In this document: positions 1-14,984 of the stretch, one piece after another
Layout: each line of letters opens with the position of its first letter
How positions within the stretch are numbered: the first letter of the stretch is position 1
Source: Chiloscyllium plagiosum
Lineage: Eukaryota
Length of the DNA: 50,934 nucleotides
Assembly (NCBI RefSeq): GCF_004010195.1
Contig: NC_057753.1
Coordinates: 9,261,698-9,312,631, forward strand
Direction: 5' to 3'
Position numbers and translations under genes: made by a program
The notes under the pieces: generated by a model
What the model saw: only the letters and a program-made list of their open reading frames with translations
Told to the model about the DNA's origin: nothing
The model's database searches: none

Positions 1-142
1 GTGCTGCGTGAGTGTGCTGGGCACGTAACAAGAGGTCAATTGGTCAAAACCGTGTGATGCTATTGCTCAATGTCTCTATAAGCTGCTTTCATTTGCAAAG
101 GTGCTCTGTTCTGTATCTTGCCTTTGCATCTGCTTCCCAAAG

Positions 143-217
143 CTTCTTCAGTGGAGGAGTGGTAGTGGCATCAATCCCCCGGAGCTGGAAGAAGGTCCGA
201 GCTCCAAGAAGCGGAGG
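143..217 (+). CDS. Candidate 75-nt internal exon of an unidentified gene (LLQWRSGSGINPPELEEGPSSKKRR)
   Basis: Pyrimidine tract ending AG (141-142), purine-rich open frame of 25 codons, donor GTAAGG at 218; another donor-like GTGAGT at 9-14. Confidence 0.35.
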
Positions 218-810
218 GTAAGGCTGGAGACTGGATTTGCTCAAGGCTTGTATTTTTAACTCATTTAAATGGTGCCTCCTGTATGGGGCTATGTTTTACA
301 TTAAAACCAGAGGATCATATCAGAGTGTTTATATTTAGCAGCGGTAGTTGGTAAAATACACTATCTGGAGGAGCACCTTCTATGATGCTGCATTTCGTGC
401 CTTATGCCCTTCCCCCATTTCTTATCTCCCAATTGATTTTATATTTTTTTGGGGTCAAATTTAATTTCACATTAATAAGACTTTGTATTGACTGTGTGCA
501 ATTAATTTGTTTCTTCGAAAATTGTAAGTCAAAATTAATGGTGTAATTTCATTTCTCATGTCAGAGGTTGACATTGAATGTGCAGATGTGAATACCAGTA
601 AGTTGTGAAAATACATCAAGAACTTGTGGTTTTTAACAAAAAGAGCAGTTCACTGATATTCATGGCATTGTCTCATTTGGGAGTGATGATTCAAATCTAA
701 CCAACAAACCGTTTCATGCAGTCACCCAATTTAATTAAAGTTTTCTTTAATTAAGTTAAAGAAAATAACTCTGGCAGGCTAAGATTTATGCAATCTATTG
801 ATAAGATTAT

Positions 811-1335
811 GTCCATTGCTCGCAATATGGTCTCATCAACATTGGGGAAACTGGACGCCAACTAGCGGAACGTTTCAGGGAACAAATCTGGGACAATAAA
901 ACTAAACGACCTGTGGCTGAACGCTTTAACTCCCCCTCCCATTCCGCCAAGGACATGCAAGTCCTGGGCCTCCTCCACTACCAAACTCTTGCGACCTGAC
1001 GCTTGTAGGAAAAACACCTCTCCTTCTGACTTGGGACCCTCCAACTACATAGTATCAATGTAGATTTCATCAGTTTCCTCATTTCCTCTCCCCCACCTTG
1101 TCCCAGATCCAACCTTCCAATTCGACACCAACCTCTTGACCTGTCATACCTGTCCACCTTGCTTCTCACCTATTTGCTCCACCCTCATCTCTGACCGATC
1201 ACCATCAATCCCTACCTCTGTCTATCTATTGCACTCCCAGCTGCCTTCCCTCCAGCCCCACTTCCTTCCCATTTATCTCTCAGCACCCTTGGGCCACCCT
1301 TTATTCCTGATGATGAGCTTATGCTCTAAACCAAG
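811..1335 (+). mobile_element. Penelope-like retroelement 3' end: decayed GIY-YIG endonuclease plus terminal repeat
   Basis: Frame from 811 reads VHCSQYGLINIGETGRQLAERFREQ...PVAERFNSPSHSAKDMQVLGL...LGTLQLHSINVDF with three in-frame stops; followed by a pyrimidine-rich tract and CTGATGA-stem-TAAAC at 1307-1331. Confidence 0.9.
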
Positions 1336-1779
1336 ACTGTGATGAAGTAACATCCTCAACAAATAGGAAATAGCTCCCACGTCAGATTTCATTCCCTCTT
1401 CTGTTTCCCAGTTCTTTCAGAAATAAGGAATGTCTTTTTCTTCCACTAGAAAGTGATCTTCCACTTTGCGCTGTCTGAAGTGTTATGCCACATTATTACT
1501 TCAGCCACCTTTTAAGAATCGTTTCAACCTGTTTTTCTAACAATTGTGGAGGTGACCAAAAGCAAACATTTCACTCCTCCTCAATGCCCCATTTCTCCTC
1601 CTCTGAGCCATTTTGTCATGTTGTCTATGTTACAAGCAGCCGAGTGCACTTGGTTTCTGAATTGAAATTTGGCCATTGAAATGATCAGGATTAATATTTA
1701 TCGATGGCTAGCTGTGTTTGCACTAACTGTAATTATCCACCAATACGATGTCTTTTGTTCCACCAAAACTGGAAACAAT

Positions 1780-2225
1780 GATCTGTGTTTATATTGCAGT
1801 CGGATGTCGAAAATCATCCCAGCGATCTTCACGTTATTATAGATTACTGTGGCCATAACAGCATTGCGTGGCAGTTTGATGTGGCTAAAACTTGGATGGA
1901 AAGAATGTAGATTGATGAGAAGTCAAAATGGCAGAGTCTCTGACCACAATTGATCTGTCTGGCTTGATTATATGAGTGGGGGCTCTTCAAGAGCAACTTC
2001 CACTCCATCACTTCAACCAGCAAGAGGAGATAAGAGTGAACACAACATTCCAACTGTGACTTTTACGCATTGCTTCGATGTTATTGATCAAAATCTTGGA
2101 ACTCGCTCCTGAACCTTTATTATAGACCACATCATATTTGTGAAGCAATTTAAGAGGCAGCTCACCACCACTTTTTCAAGGACAGTTTGGCAAGACTTGC
2201 TGGCAGAGCCAATGATATGCACATG
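1780..2225 (+). mobile_element. Old LINE (CR1/L2 group) 3' fragment
   Basis: Diverged match to the copies at 31780 and 36925 (GGCAGCTCACCACCAC tail motif). Confidence 0.55.
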
Positions 2226-2239
2226 ATATTGGAAATAGT

Positions 2240-2560
2240 CTAATCGTATGGATAGATGATTGGCTAACCAATAATACAGGAGGGATAAGGGGCATGTTTA
2301 GGATCGCAACTTATAACTAGCCACCTGCCACAGGGATCAGTGCTGGGGCAAAAATTATTTACAATATGTATATGAATTACTTGGATAAGTAAAGTGAATG
2401 TACTATTGCCAAGACTGCAGTAGAGACAGTTGATTAGAATGCCGGTGGTAAGGATGACATGAACTCTTCATCCAAGTTCAGTGAGAAATAGGGAAGGCAA
2501 AAGGGAGATTGGCCTTTAAACGGAGTACAAAAGTAGGGAGGTTATAGTGAACCTCCGCCT
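2240..2560 (+). mobile_element. CR1 LINE reverse-transcriptase fragment
   Basis: CCACAGGGATCAGTGCTGGGG encodes the PQGSVLG RT motif. Confidence 0.65.
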
Positions 2561-2638
2561 GGAGGTTTTGATTGAAAGTGCAGTGAAGATTCAACCAGCT
2601 GACAGTGGATCTGAATCACATGTAGATCTGACCAGGTT

Positions 2639-3126
2639 TAGAACATAGAACATAGAAGAATACAGCGCACTACAAGCCCTTTGGCCCTCGATGTTGCGCT
2701 GATGCAAGCCCATCTCATCTACACTCGCCCACTTTCCTCCATCTGCCTATCTGCCCGCTTAAATGCCCATAAAGAGGGAGAGTCCACCACTGCTACTGGC
2801 AGGGCATTCCATGAACTCACGACTCGCTGAGTAGACAACCTACCCCTAACATCTGTCCTATAGCTACCACCCCTTAATTTAAAGCTATGCCCCCTCGTAA
2901 TAGCTGACTCCATACGTGGAAAAAGGTTCTCACGGTCAACCCTATTAAACCCCTAATCATCTTGTACAACTCTATCAAGTCACCCCTAAACCTTCCCCCT
3001 CGTAATAGCTGACTCCATACGTGGAAAAAGGTTCTCACGGTCAACCCTATCTAAACCCCTAATCATCTTGTACACATCTATCAAGTTACCCCTAAACCTT
3101 CTTTTCTCCAATGAAAACAACCCCAC
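2639..3126 (-). mobile_element. CR1-type LINE 3' end with (TTCTATG)n tail and internal 105-bp tandem duplication
   Basis: TAGAACATAGAACATAGAA tail; minus ORF TRGHSFKL...RVVSSWNALP is the CR1 ORF2 C-terminus. Confidence 0.9.
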
Positions 3127-3139
3127 AGGGGTTTGGACA

Positions 3140-3315
3140 GCAGGAAACCAGATAAGTTTTTACAACAAACCACAACGATTTCATCATTAGATTCTTAATT
3201 CCAGATTTACATTGAATTCACAATCCACCATCTGCCGTGGCAGGTTTTGAACCCAAGTCCCCAGAACATTACCTGGGTGAATGGGCTGATGACAATAAAG
3301 TCGGTCATCGCCTCC
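3140..3315 (-). mobile_element. Deu-domain SINE 5' part (tRNA-like head)
   Basis: Similar to 43270-43430 and 47950-48080. Confidence 0.6.
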
Positions 3316-3583
3316 CCTGAACACATTGGCATATTGCGTTCAGAGGTAACGAAGGAGCAAGAGGTTTCAGCAGCTGCTAAGTTGTTGATATTACACAAGG
3401 GAACATCAGCACTCTCAGTAATGGCACATACTGAAACCCATGGCCCTGTATCAGAGGTAAGGGCTCGGGAACCATAAGAAATAGGAACAGGAATACGCCA
3501 TTCAGCCTCTGGAGCCGGCTTCTCCATTCAGTAGGATCGTGGCTGATCTGGCATTCCCCACATGAAGGCTGTCAACAGAGTTT

Positions 3584-3628
3584 AGGGGGGGGGGGGGGGG
3601 TGTGGGTGGGGTGGGGTGGGGCGGGGGA
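3584..3628 (+). repeat. Poly-G / (GGGGT)n tract with G-quadruplex potential
   Basis: Long G run followed by GGGTGGGGTGGGGTGGGGCGGGGG. Confidence 0.9.
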
Positions 3629-4324
3629 TCAGGTAGAACTTGGGGGCTAAAACAATGGCTTCACATTTCACAACATTTAACTAAGGGAATGTTTGTGGTT
3701 ATCCAATGCTGGAAATTGGGCAGGCATTCAGATGAAATTATTGATAAATTATGAACGACAGAGGAGTCAGGAGAGAAGTGGTGTTCAGGCACAGTTGGAT
3801 ATCATCAGAAGAGATGCCAACACCAGCAGATACGGTAAAACAAATAAGAACGGAAGATGCTAAAAACAGACCCTCCCAGAGCATATAGCGATATTTGAGA
3901 GGGTCAGTACTGTCATTAACCCTGATCAAGGCTGTCCGCAGGTCGACGAGGGAAAGTTCATCCCTGTCACCGTTACAAAGGATGTCAAATATGACCTTGA
4001 TAAGAACTGTGTCAGGGGTAGAAACCAGACTCGAGGGCTTTAAATACAGAATTCTGGAATGGCTTATTCACCAATGTTCCATCCAAACCAACACTACCAT
4101 TGGTGTGATAATAATAGAAGTGTTTTGGTTTTTATTTAGAAGATTCTCAGCAACACTGAGTAAGAAGCAACAAAATTAACACAAGCAATACTGCAATTCC
4201 TACAATGTGCCTGCTCCCAATAGGAGGCCATCTGGTATTCAATTAACTGTCTACAAGGCGCAATATTGGAAAGGAATGACCCAGTTCATAGCTATAAGAG
4301 GGGAGACACAGACTGCTTGATACA

Positions 4325-4585
4325 GATATACAATGGGCGGGAGTAGGCCTCTCGGCCCTTCGAGCCTGCTGTAACATTCAATAAGATCATGGCTGATCTG
4401 AATACAACCTCAGCTCTACATTCCTCCACATCCCCGACAATCTGTCACCCACTTGGTTATCAAGAACCTATCTACCTCTGCCTTAAAGATTTTGAATTCA
4501 CTGCCTTTTGAAGAAGACACACAACCATCAGAAAGAAAAAAAATTATCCTCATTTTTGTCTTCTACTTTTAAAATATGACCCTCT
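4325..4585 (-). mobile_element. CR1 LINE 3' UTR fragment
   Basis: CATTCAATAAGATCATGGCTGATCTG motif shared with 3525, 13200 and 40355. Confidence 0.7.
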
Positions 4586-4859
4586 ATTTCCAGATATTAA
4601 GATACGGATACAAGCTGCATTCAAATAATACCTGTAGTACAGTTAACTATCTCAGAGTGTTTCATGTGAACATAATGAGAATTCCTTTAAAAATCATAAG
4701 AGCGGAGCACAGATTAGGACAGGTGACCAAACACTTGGTCAAAGGGGCAGGTTTAGGGCAATCTTTTAAACAGGTTCAATTTTCCAAACATCAGAGGACA
4801 AAGACGTAAAGAGCAAACACAAAATAGCAAAGGATGCGAAGCAGCAATGTGGACATGAT

Positions 4860-5170
4860 GTCACAGGATGTGTAATCCAAGGAACATGAGATCAAATCCC
4901 ACCACAGCAAGAGGTGAGATGTGAATAATTCAAATCATAAATGGGGAACTCAAAGTTAGTCTCAGTATGGTATCGATGGCACTGACGTCAATTGTCATAA
5001 AAAACCATGTTCACCAATGTCCTTTCAGGGGGGAGTCTGCCGTCCTTACCTGGTCTGACTTACATGTGACTCCAGACCCACCGCAATGTGGTTGACTCTT
5101 AAACTGCCATCTGAATTGGCACTAGCAAGACACCTTGCACTTAGGGATGGATAACAAACATCAACCATGT
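4860..5170 (+). mobile_element. Deu-domain SINE (SacSINE1-like)
   Basis: Core CCTTACCTGGTCTGACTTACATGTGACTCCAGACCCACCGCAATGTGGTTGACTCTTAA; further copies at 43130 and 47790. Confidence 0.8.
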
Positions 5171-5183
5171 GAAAGTGTCATAA

Positions 5184-5410
5184 CAGAAATTGCTGGAGAA
5201 ACTCAGCCAGTCTGGCAACACCGGTGGAGAGAGAGAGAAAGAAACAGAGTCAATATCCTGACCTGCGTCCAGAACAGTTGTGAAGAAGGGTCACAGCACT
5301 TGAAATGCTAACTCTGCTTCTATCTCCACATGTGCTGCCAGTCCTATTGAGTTTCTCCAGCAATTTATGCATTTTTATGTATCAGATCTCCGGCATCTGC
5401 AGTTCTTCAT
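5184..5410. mobile_element. Palindromic Penelope-type terminal-repeat element (family 3) with decayed hammerhead core
   Basis: Arms AAATTGCTGGAGAAACTC / GAGTTTCTCCAGCAATTT; centre GTGAAGAAGGGTC..TTGAAATGCTAACT. Confidence 0.7.
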
Positions 5411-6009
5411 CACACTGACTTAGGGAAGCTCAAATCCGATAAAAGAATAAAGCAGAAGGGCTGGGATTACTCAGCAAGTCTGGCAGCAGCTATGGAGATA
5501 AAAACAGTTAGTTCTTCGGGTTATTGAATGATCTTATATCGGGGACAACCTTTTGGCAAGCTGCAAGAGTAAAAGGCACTGGTGTAACTTCAACATCTGG
5601 GAGAACTCTCTCAGCCATGGGGGTCAGACTGACTCAGCATTCTGGTCCTGCTCATTACCTGTTAACTTCTCCATTTGTTGTTCTTGTTATATTTCTACAT
5701 GGTTGACACATTCCTATGTTTTAAAATGATATTCCAAACAGACAGGAATTTTCCATGAAAGTAATCGTACATTAGAGGGTTTGGAACGTGAATATAACTT
5801 TTAAACAAAAAGTATTTATTTATGCATGGGGTGTGGGCATCGCTGGCAATGCCTGCATTTATACCATCCTTAACCACCCTGTGGTTGGTTGGAAAAGTGA
5901 ATGAAGGTGTCTGAGATTGTCTTGAGCAGCACAGCAATCTCAAAGATGGGTGTGCTCAGGTAGAAGTACTCTCCACTCCCACAGCCAAGTCTGCATTCAC
6001 TTCAATTAC

Positions 6010-6240
6010 AGATGCCATCTAAAACTCCCAGGACAAGGACAGCATGGGATTACAATCAGAATAATGCTTCCTCTACTCTTAAATTGAAAGTGAAGCTACC
6101 TCAACACTGTCCCCAACAAACACTGCCAAGACAGAGACAGCATTGGTTTAGATAGAGTAAAACTCCCTCTGCACTTCCCCATTCATTCAGTGCCAGGGCA
6201 ATGACAGCAAAGTGTTAAATAAACAGGAGAGTTTCTTCCA
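6010..6240 (+). repeat. Degenerate tandem repeat of about 70-bp units
   Basis: Three diverged units of the form AAACACTCCCAGGACA..GACAGCA..GG.TTA.AT.AGAGTAAA.CTCCCTCT.CAC. Confidence 0.55.
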
Positions 6241-6889
6241 TTCTGACTGACACTTAGTACGTTCTACACCAATCCTCAAGGATAATTCAGAACTGAGACT
6301 ATTATCTGGTATTGAATTCATACACCCTAATGGGAATGACAGCAACAGAAAATCAGGTAAAACACACACAATGTACAATAAAACTAGACTGTTATTGGGA
6401 TCTAAGATATTTAAATGACAGGAGACACAGTTCCTGCAAATATTCGAATGTGAGCTGAAAAACTTTCTCACTTAAACAATATTCTCTGGGAATGCAATGT
6501 CCACCTTACTGCTGTCTATTCAGTTCCTCTGCTCTCGTTCAGGGCTGAGTTGCGGCTGACCACATGGTGGCGTGGGGGTCAAGAGGTTAGACAGTTACGG
6601 TCAACTTGGATTGAGGGCATCCTGTGTCATGCCAGTGAGGTCGAGGGTCACTGATTTACTCAAATTACAATCAGGGACAAGGGGATGTCAGGCGGGGCTT
6701 GTATCAGTTTGAGTTTAGAAGAAACAGATGATCTGATGAAGCTGTATAACATCTGGAGAGGACTTAATGTAAATGTAATGTCCACTCATTTCTAGCCAGA
6801 GACTACCCTCTCATTTAAGATAGGAGAGTTTTGTTTTTCTCTCAAGGTTTCCTGAGTCTTTGAAATTCACTTCTTTAGAGAGCAGCATG

Positions 6890-7168
6890 TGGTGGTGGCA
6901 CGGTGGTTAGCACTGCTGCCTCACGGCATCAGTGACCTGGGTTTGATCCCACCCTCGGGCCGACTGTATGTGTGGAGTTTTCACATTCTCCCCTGTGTCT
7001 GCGTGGGTTTCCTCTGGTGCTCTGGCCTCCTCCGACAGCCCAAAGGATGTGCAGGTGAGGGTGGATTGACCATGGAAGATGCAGGTTTACAGACATAGGG
7101 TAACGACCTGGGTCTGGGTGGGACGGTCAGTCAATGTTGACTCGATGGGCTGAATGGCCTACTTGCAC
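6890..7168 (+). mobile_element. tRNA-derived V-domain SINE (HE1-like)
   Basis: A box TGGCACGGTGG, B box GGTTTGATCCC, V core TGTGTGGAGTTT.CACATTCTCCCC.GTGTCTGCGTGGGTTTCCTC, CR1-like tail. Confidence 0.9.
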
Positions 7169-7699
7169 GCAATTGACCTATGTCAATCAATAGTATACAC
7201 TTGCTTTATGGTTACCAACATCAAATTACATTCGTGGTTTTGGTTATTTCATCTCTTATGTTATCGTATTCAACCAACTACAGCATCTAGAAACTTGCTT
7301 AATTACAATATCCAATATCGGCAGAGTACTTTTTCTTTTTGTCACGACCATTATCTTGCACTCTGACGTGTGACCTCTTCATTGCTGTCAAAGTTCCTTA
7401 TTTGTCCCTACATAGTCATGGATTTACTTTGTCAAATGACTTCCTGGCTTTTGCAGTTAAGACCCTATATTCTGCCCTCGTCAACATTTTCCCTTCCAAT
7501 TCTGTACTAAGGATTTCATGAAAAACCTCAGAATGTGGTGAGACTCTGGAACTCACAACATAGTGAATAGTTGGGGTGAAAGACATCACAACTAAGGATA
7601 AGCAACCCAATACAAATGAATGTCACTCTCACCGGATTCACAACACAGTGAAATTAAAACATGCAATGTCCCTCAATTTCTCAACTGTTCCGAACCAGA

Positions 7700-9993
<2,294 letters not shown>

Positions 9994-10244
9994 GACTGAA
10001 GCTTCACCTGCACACAAACACGTGTACAGCACCTCTCTGCCGTGAATTCCTCTTCCCAGTCTGTATAACGTTTTCTGGCTCCACAATCAGAGTGCTGCAA
10101 CAGTCGGGTCTCTCTTCCAGTCTCACTGATGCTGAAAACGTACTGAAACAGGAACCAAAAAGCTTGGTTCCTTCTCACAGAATCATAGTCGAAAATTGTT
10201 ATAGTCCCGATGGATTCAGTGACTGTCAGACATTGATGTGAAAT

Positions 10245-10358
10245 TGAGGACTGTAAATGCTGGAAAGTCAGAGTCAAAGTGCAATGCTGGAAAATCACAG
10301 CAGATCAGACAGCATCTGAGGAGCAGTCGAGTCAATGTTTCAGGCAAAGCCCTTCAGC
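10245..10358 (-). mobile_element. Penelope-type terminal-repeat fragment (family 1) upstream of the zinc-finger CDS
   Basis: GAGGACTGTAAATGCTGGA...GTTTCAGGCAAAGCCCTTCA; same-site copy at 48955-49073. Confidence 0.8.
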
Positions 10359-10729
10359 TATTGATATTGAAACTTGCGTCTTCAGATCTTCACATAATCT
10401 GTAAAAAGAGATTACAAAAATCATCACTGTCAGTCCAGGTTAAAATTCCAAACAAGCAATTCTACTTTCCGCAGAACATACCTCTGAATTATGGTTACCT
10501 CCACCTGAAAGTTAGTATCTTTCACGACATCTAGGAGTGAGTAAGCCTGATTTTGGGAAGCAAAAAAAGTATCATTTCAGGATGAACCTTCAATGCAGCT
10601 CCTTGAGAAACAACCAGACACGAAATGGTTAACATCTCGGGAAGCGGAGGAAATGAGATATCAAGGCATTGGCACCGACACCAGACAGAAACTGAACATA
10701 CAGGCATGGCAAACATTACGGGCAAGCCA

Positions 10730-11175
10730 GAGTCATAGAGATACACAGCACAAAAACAGGTCCTTCAGTCCAACTCATCCGTGCCGACCAGATAGCCTAA
10801 ATTAATCTCGTCTCATTTACCAGCACTTGGCCCATATCCCTCTGAACTCTTCCTATTCATATACCCATCCAGATGCCTTTTAAATGTTATAATTGGACCT
10901 ACATCGACTACTTCCTCCGGCAGATCATGCCTTACACTTGCCTTCCTCACCCCAAACATATTTCCCTCTTGTTCTGGACTTCTCCCATCCCTGGAAATGA
11001 CCTTGTCTATTTACCCTATCCATGCCTCGCATTACTCTATAAACGTCTGTTAGGTCACCCCTCAGCCTCTGGTATACCGGGGAAAACAGCTCAAAAAATG
11101 CACTGCGTTTACTTTTAGCTTTACACTCACTGAACCTTCCTCCCGTGTAAAACATTGTTTTCCTCCCCAACACTG
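10730..11175 (-). mobile_element. CR1 LINE 3' end
   Basis: GAGTCATAGAG tail; minus ORF has RLRGDLTDVYRVMRGMDRV. Confidence 0.88.
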
Positions 11176-11227
11176 TCCATGGGAAAAGCCAAGAGTGCTG
11201 AGACTCTGGAGTTGGGGGATTGCCACG

Positions 11228-11548
11228 TAGAATTCCTACAATGTGGAAACACGCCATTCAGCCCAACAAGTCCACACCGACCATCCAAAGTGGAACCCAT
11301 GCAGACACTTTCCCCTATCCCATTACAGTACACTTACTGCACACTTTGGGCCCATTCAATATGGCCACTTCTCCTGAAACTGCACATAGTTAGATTTTGA
11401 AGGAAACCAGAGCCACCGGAGGAAACCCACGCAGACACGACAGGGAGAATGTGCAAACTCCACACAGACAGTCGCCCCAAGGCTGGAATCGAACACGGGT
11501 CCTTGGTGCGGAAAGGCAGCACTGCTCACCACTGCTCCATCGTGCTGC
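11228..11548 (-). mobile_element. V-domain SINE (HE1-like)
   Basis: Reverse complement of the head and V core seen at 6890. Confidence 0.88.
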
Positions 11549-11589
11549 TTACGTATGCAAAAAGAGGTGGGGACTGGGAACTTTGTTAA

Positions 11590-11975
11590 TTGTACCGCAC
11601 AGTGGATTGTTGAGTAAGGTTAAATCTCACGGGATCCAGGGAGAGCGAACCAACTGGGTCCAAAATTGCTGTTGTAGATGCTGGAATCCTTCCTGAAAAC
11701 AACAAATGCTGAAGATCACAGTGGGTCAGGCAGCGCTGTGCTACACTATGACTGGATAGTGTGGATGTGGAGATGATGTTTCCACTAGGAGCAGGATTGA
11801 GGATGCCAAGTCATTGAGGGCATTTAAGACAGAGATAGGTTATTGATTAGTAAGGGGTCAAGGGTTATGAGGAGAGGGCATCAGAATGGGATGGAGAAAC
11901 ATATCAGCCATGATCGACGGGTGGAGCAGACTCGATGGGCCAGATGGCCTCATCCTGCTCCTGGGTATTATGGTC
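11590..11975 (+). mobile_element. CR1 LINE fragments (RT piece and 3' UTR)
   Basis: VPHSGLLSKVKSHGIQG peptide; tail GGAGCAGACTCGATGGGCCAGATGGCCT. Confidence 0.7.
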
Positions 11976-12019
11976 TTAAAGCGGAGCAGTAGTCTTAAGG
12001 GGTTCTCACAAACTATTTC

Positions 12020-12155
12020 AGAATCCTGAAGAGGAGTTGTTGGACTCGAAACTTTAACTCTGCTTTCTCTCCACATATGCTTCCAGTCCTGCTGAGTTTT
12101 TGCAGTGTTCTCAGTTTTTGTTTCAGATTTCCAGCATCCACAGTTCTTTGTCTTA
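12020..12155 (+). mobile_element. Penelope-type terminal repeat (family 3) with hammerhead core
   Basis: CTGAAGA-G-GAGT-loop-ACTC-GAAAC at 12026-12052, then the family tail TTCAGATTTCCAGCATCCACAGTTCTTTG. Confidence 0.75.
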
Positions 12156-13149
12156 TTTATCACAGTCATTTCTTGCCCTTCCCAAGTATCTGGAACTTCA
12201 TCTCTCTGATCTACAAACTGTGCACTTACCATAGAAATGACCACTACCTCCTTATCAGAGTAGACCCCTTTGTTGCAAAATAATTGTTCAATTCTGTGAC
12301 CTAAATAATTGCATTCGTAATTACTGACACCAGGGACTCTCAATATCTCAGGCAAGAAGACAGCCAGATTGTTTCAGACAGTACATTTATGTGATTTGAT
12401 ACAATTCCCTATTCCCTATTTTACTAGCGTGCTGCTGGGAATGGAGGGTTTGAGTTAAGAAGAAGCTGGGACATTTTTCCAACGGAGCCCAGCAAGTTGA
12501 CAGATAACTTTATAGAAATCTTTAAAATCAGGAGGGGTATAGATAAGGTGTGATTTCCAGGAGGCTCAGAATATTTTATTGCTCCAGGAGGTGTAAAAGG
12601 GGGTCAACGCTTCAGCAGAAATTGAGCAGAGCTGAGAACAGACAACATCTAGCTCTGTGGGAACAGGGAGACCAGAGGACAGAGAAATCAGGACCTGAAA
12701 TCCGAGCTGACACCAGACTACCATGTTATCAGTGCTTTGATTAACAGTGCCCACCCTCTACCTTTACTGAGCCTCTCATTCGACTTGAATGCCACATATA
12801 CCCTCGATATTCCGGATCCAATCCTTGTCATTCTGAAGCTATATCTCTGTAAGGACTGTCAGATCAGAATTATTCTCTTCAACGTGTGCAGTCAATTAAT
12901 TCGCTTTTGTTACAATGCAGCACACATTCACATACTGAGCTTTTAGTTTTATTTTTTGTGATGGTTAGAATCCAGTTTTGATTGCTAGTACATTTATTCT
13001 CCTTGTCCCTTTCTATCATTCTCAGGTATTTGTTTTCCACATCACTACATTGCTCACTGGCCTTGATTTGGATTGGCTATGCTTAATTGCCCAGTGTACA
13101 GGGATGTGCAGGTTAGGTGGGTTAGCCATGGGAAACTCAGGGTTATAGT

Positions 13150-14484
13150 TTCAAAGTAATAGAAGGAGTAGGCCATTTGGCCCGTCGATCCTGCTCCGCC
13201 ATTCATTAAAATCGTGGCTGATCTATCAATCATCTCAGCTCCTCCTAATTGCATTATCCCAACTACCCTTAATTCCCCGACCACGCAAAAACCAATCCAA
13301 CAGTGTCTTAATGAAGCTGCCTCTACTGCTTCCTTGAGCACAGAATTGCATTAATTTACCATTAACCACATAGGTCCTGCCCTGATTTGCCTCATCAAAA
13401 TGCAACAGCTAATATTTGTCTAAATTAAACTCCATCCAATACTCCTTGGCCCATCGCCTCATCTGATCAATTGTAATTTGTATTAAACTTTCTTTCCTAT
13501 CTTATTCCCTAAAAGCTGAAAATCTCCCTCCCACACACTCTCCCTCCATTCTCACTTTGTTGAACTAATCCCGGCTGTCCTCATCCTGAAGGGTTTGGTT
13601 CATGCTGATTAACAGGCCCACATTCAAGGGGAATCTAACTGAAACGTCCAGAATATTGAACAGCCTGGACAGAGTGGACATTGGGAGAAGAGACTAATAC
13701 CCATGGGCATAGCCTCAGCATAAAGGGAGAATGGAGATTAAGAGAAATTTCTTTAGCCAGAGAGTGGTGAATCTATGGAATTCATTGTCACAGAAAGCTG
13801 TGGAGGCCAGGTCATTGTCTATGTTTATCACTGAGATAGAGTATCAAGGGTTGAGAGTTGCGGTGAAAAAACGGGAGAATGGGGCTGAGAAACGTAACAG
13901 CTAGGATAAATTGGGAGCAGGAGTAGACCACTTGATCTTTCCAACCTGCACCAGCAATGAACACTTCATAACTGGATATGGATATATGACATCTAGGGTG
14001 GATAGGCTTGAACTTTTCTCACTGGAACATAGGAGATTGAGAGGATTATAAAATCATGAGGGATAAGGATGAGGTGAACAACAGGTGTCCTTTCCCTCAG
14101 CTGGGAGTTTCAGGATCTGGGAGCAAATAATTTGAGGTGAGTAGAGAAAGATTTTATAAAGACAGGACAAGGATTGTTTTTTAAGAGTGTGTTCTGAGTC
14201 AGAATGAATGTCCAGAGGAAGTCATAGAGTCATAGAGATGTACAGCACAGAAACAGACTGTTTGGTCAAACTTGTCCATGCCGACCAACTATCCCAACCC
14301 AATCTAGTCCCAACCCAGCACACGTCCCCATATCTCTCCAAACCCTTCCTATTCATATACCTAACCAAATGCCGTTTAAATGTTGCAATCGTACTAGACT
14401 TCACCACTTCCTCTGGCAGTTCATTCAATAAACGTACAATCCTCTGCGTGAAAAAGTTGCCCCTTAGATCTCTTTTGTATCTTT
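13150..14484. mobile_element. Cluster of CR1 LINE 3' fragments on both strands
   Basis: Minus ORF 14222-14428 NELPEEVVKSSTIATFKRHL; + strand CAGAGAGTGGTGAATCTATGGAATTCATTG near 13760. Confidence 0.75.
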
Positions 14485-14984
14485 NNNNNNNNNNNNNNNN
14501 NNNNNNNNNNNNNNNNNNNNNNNNNNNNNNNNNNNNNNNNNNNNNNNNNNNNNNNNNNNNNNNNNNNNNNNNNNNNNNNNNNNNNNNNNNNNNNNNNNNN
14601 NNNNNNNNNNNNNNNNNNNNNNNNNNNNNNNNNNNNNNNNNNNNNNNNNNNNNNNNNNNNNNNNNNNNNNNNNNNNNNNNNNNNNNNNNNNNNNNNNNNN
14701 NNNNNNNNNNNNNNNNNNNNNNNNNNNNNNNNNNNNNNNNNNNNNNNNNNNNNNNNNNNNNNNNNNNNNNNNNNNNNNNNNNNNNNNNNNNNNNNNNNNN
14801 NNNNNNNNNNNNNNNNNNNNNNNNNNNNNNNNNNNNNNNNNNNNNNNNNNNNNNNNNNNNNNNNNNNNNNNNNNNNNNNNNNNNNNNNNNNNNNNNNNNN
14901 NNNNNNNNNNNNNNNNNNNNNNNNNNNNNNNNNNNNNNNNNNNNNNNNNNNNNNNNNNNNNNNNNNNNNNNNNNNNNNNNNNNN
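14485..14984. other. Assembly gap, exactly 500 N
   Basis: Run of N; the round size suggests a placeholder. Confidence 1.
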
